Of a stretch of DNA of 51,717 bases, positions 47,815 through 51,717 are shown piece after piece. Each line of letters begins with the position of its first letter. Within the stretch, counting starts at the first letter, position 1. The notes beneath the pieces are model-generated. The model was given only the letters and a program-made list of their open reading frames with translations. It was not told where the DNA came from and did no database searches. The position numbers and the translations under genes were made by a program. This DNA is from Acidimicrobiia bacterium (GTDB lineage Bacteria > Actinomycetota > Acidimicrobiia > Spongiisociales > UBA5794): NCBI GenBank assembly GCA_030066265.1, contig JASJCF010000006.1, positions 1-51,717 of the forward strand, given 5' to 3'.

Positions 47815-47844
47815 ATCATACGTTTCGACCCGGTCTACTTGCAA
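47815..47844 (-). promoter_or_regulatory. Sigma-A type promoter of the tRNA-Gln/Glu operon
   Basis: TTGCAA (47839-47844), 18-nt spacer, TATGAT (47815-47820), 11 nt upstream of tRNA-Gln. Confidence 0.8.
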
Positions 47845-47929
47845 CGGATGGCAGCAACGGGTCCTTGGGTGTCCCCCGTGGGAACGCGAAGTCTGACAGA
47901 ATGGTGGCGGCGAGAAACGAAGGGAGACC

Positions 47930-48517
47930 ATGTTCACGCAAGAAGAAGCGCGAATGGCGAAGACGGCAACAGGGCTCTGGTGGGTCTGGCTGGTCGTCGG
48001 CATCATCTGGATCCTCATTGCCCTGATCGTGCTGCAGTTCGACACGACGTCTGCGGTGACGATCGGCGTCCTCACCGGTGTGATCTTCATCGTCGCCGGG
48101 CTCCAGTACTTCTTTGTCGCCTCGCAAGTCGAGGGATGGAAGTGGCTGTACTTCCTGATCGGGCTGATCCTGGTGATCGGCGGATTCGTCGCACTGGTGT
48201 ACCCGGGGCGCACCTTCCTGATCATGGCGAACATCCTCGGGTTCCTGTTCGCCATCACGGGGATCTTCTGGATCGTGGAGGCGTTCGTGCGGCGGAGCTT
48301 CGACGACCTGTGGTGGCTCGGGTTGATCTCCGGCATCATCATGGTGCTGCTGGGCTTCTGGCTCGGAGGGCAGCTGATCGGCGTCCAAGCGACCACCCTC
48401 GTGGTGTTCGTGGGGCTCTGGGCTCTGTTCCGGGGGATCCTCGACATCGTGACGGCTTTCCAGGTACGAAGTCTCGGCAAGGACATCGACGACTTGACGG
48501 AGTCGGCGGCCGCCTGA
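47930..48517 (+). CDS. HdeD/DUF308 family membrane protein
   Basis: Six short TM helices in a repeated W..L..G pattern; SD AAGGGAG. Confidence 0.85.
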   Translation: MFTQEEARMAKTATGLWWVWLVVGIIWILIALIVLQFDTTSAVTIGVLTGVIFIVAGLQYFFVASQVEGWKWLYFLIGLILVIGGFVALVYPGRTFLIMANILGFLFAITGIFWIVEAFVRRSFDDLWWLGLISGIIMVLLGFWLGGQLIGVQATTLVVFVGLWALFRGILDIVTAFQVRSLGKDIDDLTESAAA

Positions 48518-48532
48518 TCGGTTAAAGCAACA

Positions 48533-48562
48533 GAGGGGCACCCGCACGTCCGGGTGCCCTTC
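48533..48562 (+). terminator. Hairpin terminator after the HdeD-like gene
   Basis: gaggggcacccg-cacgtc-cgggtgcccttc. Confidence 0.7.
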
Positions 48563-48675
48563 CTCGTGCGACGACGCATCTCACCGTCGGTACCGGGTGC
48601 CGTCCTCGGACATGAACCGCGTCCCCGTGGCTCGGTTCCCAACGCCAAGTAGGGTGCCCGGGGAAGGGAGGCCTC

Positions 48676-49977
48676 GTGGGCATCAGTGGTGACGTACTGC
48701 TCGTCCTGCTGTTCGTCGTCTACGCCCTGTTCTCTCGCCGCCTGGCACACAGTTCGTTCACCGCCCCGATGCTCTTCACGGCTGCCGGGCTCCTTGCAGC
48801 GACGGACTTCTTCGGTTCTGCTGCCGTCGACACGTTCGCGCTCGAATTGCGAAGCGACACCGTGCAGTTGTTGCTCGAGGGCACGCTTGTCATCGTGCTG
48901 TTCTCGGACGCTGCTCGCATCGACTCCCGATACGTACGCACGACGGCCTTCCTGCCGACGAGGCTCCTGCTCATCGGCCTTCCGCTGACCATCGCGTTCG
49001 GAACCGCCGTTGCGCTCCTCGTCGAGCCGGAGCTGGGGTTCTGGTCTGCGGCAATCATCGCCATCATCCTCGCTCCGACCGATGCCGCGCTCGGCGAGTC
49101 GGTGGTCTCCAACGAGCGAGTCCCGGTGCTCGTGCGTCAGGGCCTCGCCGTCGAGAGCGGGCTCAATGATGGGCTCGTCGTGCCACTGCTCGCGATCGCC
49201 CTGGCTGCGGCCGACAGCGAGATGACAACCGCGGCGGGAGTCGCTGAGCTCTTCCTGAAAGAGATCGGCCTGGCCATCCTGATCGGGGCCGGCGTCGGTT
49301 GGTTGGGTGCGCGTGCGGTTCGAGCCTCCTCCGCGGCAGGCTGGATGGGTCGAGAGGGGCGCCAGGTGCTCGTCGTGTTCCTCGCTGTGCTCTGTGCCCT
49401 GCTTGCGATCCCCGTCGACGCAAGCGCATTCATCGCCGCATTCATCGGCGGAGCGGTGTTCGGTGCCGGCACACGGGGGCAGTTCCCCGAGATCTGCCAT
49501 TTCTCGGAAGGTGTCGGGCACCTCATGACGATGCTGGCCTTCTTCATCTTCGGATCGGCGATCCTCTACCCGTCGCTCGAGACCATTGGTTGGCGCGCCT
49601 TCCTGTATGCCATCTTGAGCCTCTCAGTGATCCGGTTCGGCGCCGTTCTCGTATCGCTCATCGGAACGAAGCTGATGTTCCCGACTCAGGCCTACGTGGG
49701 CTGGTTCGGGCCACGGGGTCTCGCCTCATTGGTGTTCATGGGCACCGTCGTCGTCGAGTCGGACACGGAGTTCGCAGCGTTGATCATCAACGTCGCGGCA
49801 GCAACCGTAGCCCTCAGCGTCTTGCTCCATGGTGTGTCGGCGTGGCCCGCATCGAACCGATACGCGCAGTGGTACGAGCGTTCGGAAGAAGCCGATCCCG
49901 AGCCGATGGTCGAAGGTCAGGAAGTCAAGATGGTCCCGCACCGAAGTCCGGGCGACGTCGCCAGTATGGATCGCTAG
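48676..49977 (+). CDS. Cation:proton antiporter (CPA1/NhaP family)
   Basis: LAPTDAALG, ESGLNDG, WFGPRGLAS, multiple TM helices; SD GGGAGG. Confidence 0.93.
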   Translation: MGISGDVLLVLLFVVYALFSRRLAHSSFTAPMLFTAAGLLAATDFFGSAAVDTFALELRSDTVQLLLEGTLVIVLFSDAARIDSRYVRTTAFLPTRLLLIGLPLTIAFGTAVALLVEPELGFWSAAIIAIILAPTDAALGESVVSNERVPVLVRQGLAVESGLNDGLVVPLLAIALAAADSEMTTAAGVAELFLKEIGLAILIGAGVGWLGARAVRASSAAGWMGREGRQVLVVFLAVLCALLAIPVDASAFIAAFIGGAVFGAGTRGQFPEICHFSEGVGHLMTMLAFFIFGSAILYPSLETIGWRAFLYAILSLSVIRFGAVLVSLIGTKLMFPTQAYVGWFGPRGLASLVFMGTVVVESDTEFAALIINVAAATVALSVLLHGVSAWPASNRYAQWYERSEEADPEPMVEGQEVKMVPHRSPGDVASMDR

Positions 49978-49999
49978 AGAGGTCGGCCGACGAGGCCCG

Positions 50000-51616
50000 T
50001 CAGGCGGTCGTTGCCTCGCGGGACATCTCCACGGCGGGTCTCGGGTCCACGTCGCCCTTCACCGGCCAGTACGACATCGCCCGCTCGGCCATCGCCGTGA
50101 TCGTCAGCGATGGATTCACTCCGAGGTTCGCACCGATCGCCGAACCATCGACCACTGACAGGCCGTCGTATCCGAACACGCGGTGGTACTGATCGATCAC
50201 GCCGGTCTCGACATCGGAGCCGATTGGCGCTCCGCCCAGGATGTGGGCGGTTGTGGGCGTGTCGAAGAGCACCTCGTTGACCGAGCCCATGGGATCCCCA
50301 CCCATGGCCGCCGCTGCCAGCCGAGCTGCGTCGTTGGCCTCGGGAATGTACGTCGGATTCGGCTCGCCGTGGCCCTGTTCGGAACTCAATCGCGACCCGA
50401 AGAGCCCACGTTTGCGAATCAGCCGGATGCTGTTGTCGCGGCTCTGCATCACCAAGAGGATCACCGTGCGCTGAGACCACTTCCACACCGACAACGACCG
50501 CAGGAAGGTGAGCGGGTGACGGACCACGGACTGGAGGAACCGGATCTGCCTGGGCACACCGGTTCCGCCATCGACGAGCACCGTCGCGAGCAGGCCGAGC
50601 GCGTTCGATCCCGGGCCGTACCGAACGGGCTCGATGTGGGTATCGGGTTTGGGATGGATCGATGACGTGATGGCAGGGCCGATGGAGTAGTCGACGTCAC
50701 GCCGCCGGGCGACCGCTCCCACCAGGGCCTCGCTGTTGGTGCGCGTCTGGTAGCCGATGCGCTCAGACAGGTGAGGGAGACGACCCCGATCCCGTAGCTC
50801 CAGGAGCAAGCGCGTCGTGCCGAGGGCCCCTGCGGAGAACACGACGTGATCCGCCCGATACGTCGTGCGCCGTTGCGAGATGCCAGGGCGCTTGGCCGTC
50901 ACCTCCCATCTCCCGTTACCACGTTCGAGGTCGACGACCTGCTGTTGCTCTCGGACCTCTGCTCCGTTGCGCTCCGCAAACCACAGGTAGTTCTTGTCGA
51001 GCGTGTTCTTTGCGTTGTGTCTGCATCCGACCATGCAGTTCCCGCACCCGATACAGCCGGTGCGGGTGGGCCCTTCGCCGCCGAAGTACGGGTCCGGCAC
51101 CTCGACGCCGGGTGTTCCGAAGTACACGGCGACGGGCGTCGGCATGAAGGTGTGTTCCACGCCTCGTTCGGCCGCTATCGAGCGGATGACGTCGTCTGCA
51201 GGCGTGAGCATGGGATTCTGCGTGACGCCGAGCATCGAACGGGCGACCTCGAACCATGGCGCCAGCTCCGTGCGCCAGTCGGCGATGTCGGCCCACTGCG
51301 GGTCGTCGTAGAAGGCCTCGTGCGGTGTGTAGTGGGTGTTGGCGTACACCAGCGAACCGCCTCCAACGCCTGATCCCGACAGGATCATGATGTCGCGCAG
51401 CAACGAGATCCGCTGAATGCCCTTCATCCCGAGCTTCGGGAACCAGAGCGACTTCCACACCGCCCAGTTCGTGCGGGGGAAGTCCTCGGCCTGCCATCGC
51501 CGACCCGCCTCGAGCACGCACACCCGATAGCCCTTTTCAGTGAGGCGATGCGCAGTGACGCTGCCACCGAAGCCAGAGCCGATGACGATGACGTCGAAAT
51601 CGTTGGCGTTCGCCAC
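50000..51616 (-). CDS. Cholesterol oxidase-like GMC oxidoreductase (ChoD type)
   Basis: GSGFGGSV, GVGGGSLVYANT, CIGCGNCMVGC..AKNTL, TAHILGG, NLGVNPSLTITAMAERA; alternative start 51640. Confidence 0.9.
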   Translation of the reverse strand: MANANDFDVIVIGSGFGGSVTAHRLTEKGYRVCVLEAGRRWQAEDFPRTNWAVWKSLWFPKLGMKGIQRISLLRDIMILSGSGVGGGSLVYANTHYTPHEAFYDDPQWADIADWRTELAPWFEVARSMLGVTQNPMLTPADDVIRSIAAERGVEHTFMPTPVAVYFGTPGVEVPDPYFGGEGPTRTGCIGCGNCMVGCRHNAKNTLDKNYLWFAERNGAEVREQQQVVDLERGNGRWEVTAKRPGISQRRTTYRADHVVFSAGALGTTRLLLELRDRGRLPHLSERIGYQTRTNSEALVGAVARRRDVDYSIGPAITSSIHPKPDTHIEPVRYGPGSNALGLLATVLVDGGTGVPRQIRFLQSVVRHPLTFLRSLSVWKWSQRTVILLVMQSRDNSIRLIRKRGLFGSRLSSEQGHGEPNPTYIPEANDAARLAAAAMGGDPMGSVNEVLFDTPTTAHILGGAPIGSDVETGVIDQYHRVFGYDGLSVVDGSAIGANLGVNPSLTITAMAERAMSYWPVKGDVDPRPAVEMSREATTA

Positions 51617-51717
51617 GTCTAGATGACGGCCGAGCCCCACACGGGGAGGAAGGCGCCGTTCACGACCTTGGACTCTCGGCTCGCGAGGAAGTTGATCACA
51701 TCGGCGATCTCCGCGGG

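Noticed and set aside
47364-47819. ORFs 47364-47636 (+) and 47448-47819 (-) with repeated peptides
   Set aside because: They are translations of the tRNAs and DNA repeats, not plausible proteins.

Overview
High-GC (roughly two-thirds G+C by eye) actinobacterial chromosome segment. Gene content and widespread leaderless starts suggest Acidimicrobiia (inference). Most of the window is housekeeping: murA, iscS-mnmA-ligA, dapCDE, gatCAB, ppc, a tup-like ABC importer, serA, ilvE, gltX, tRNA-Gln/tRNA-Glu and a cholesterol oxidase-like gene. The standout is a compact 9-gene bacterial microcompartment (BMC) operon at 4409-9767 of the sugar-phosphate-utilising (SPU) type. It encodes RpiB, DeoC and a CoA-acylating aldehyde dehydrogenase, each with an N-terminal encapsulation peptide, plus 1 BMC-H, 2 BMC-T and 3 BMC-P shell genes. 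Unusual details include a catalytic Cys-to-Asp change in the encapsulated RpiB (a canonical peptide-less RpiB paralog lies 9 kb away), an acidic hexamer pore residue, His in place of the Fe-S Cys of the PduT-like trimer, no CoA/NAD-recycling enzymes, and a divergent HTH/coiled-coil gene. Non-coding oddities: a tandem array of tRNA-Glu 3' fragments with a hairpin inserted in the T-loop, heptamer and 18-bp repeats, and at least 15 TANNNT leaderless promoters. There is also an unannotated 57-aa RGG-rich ORF. All assignments come from motif recognition by eye; no searches were run.
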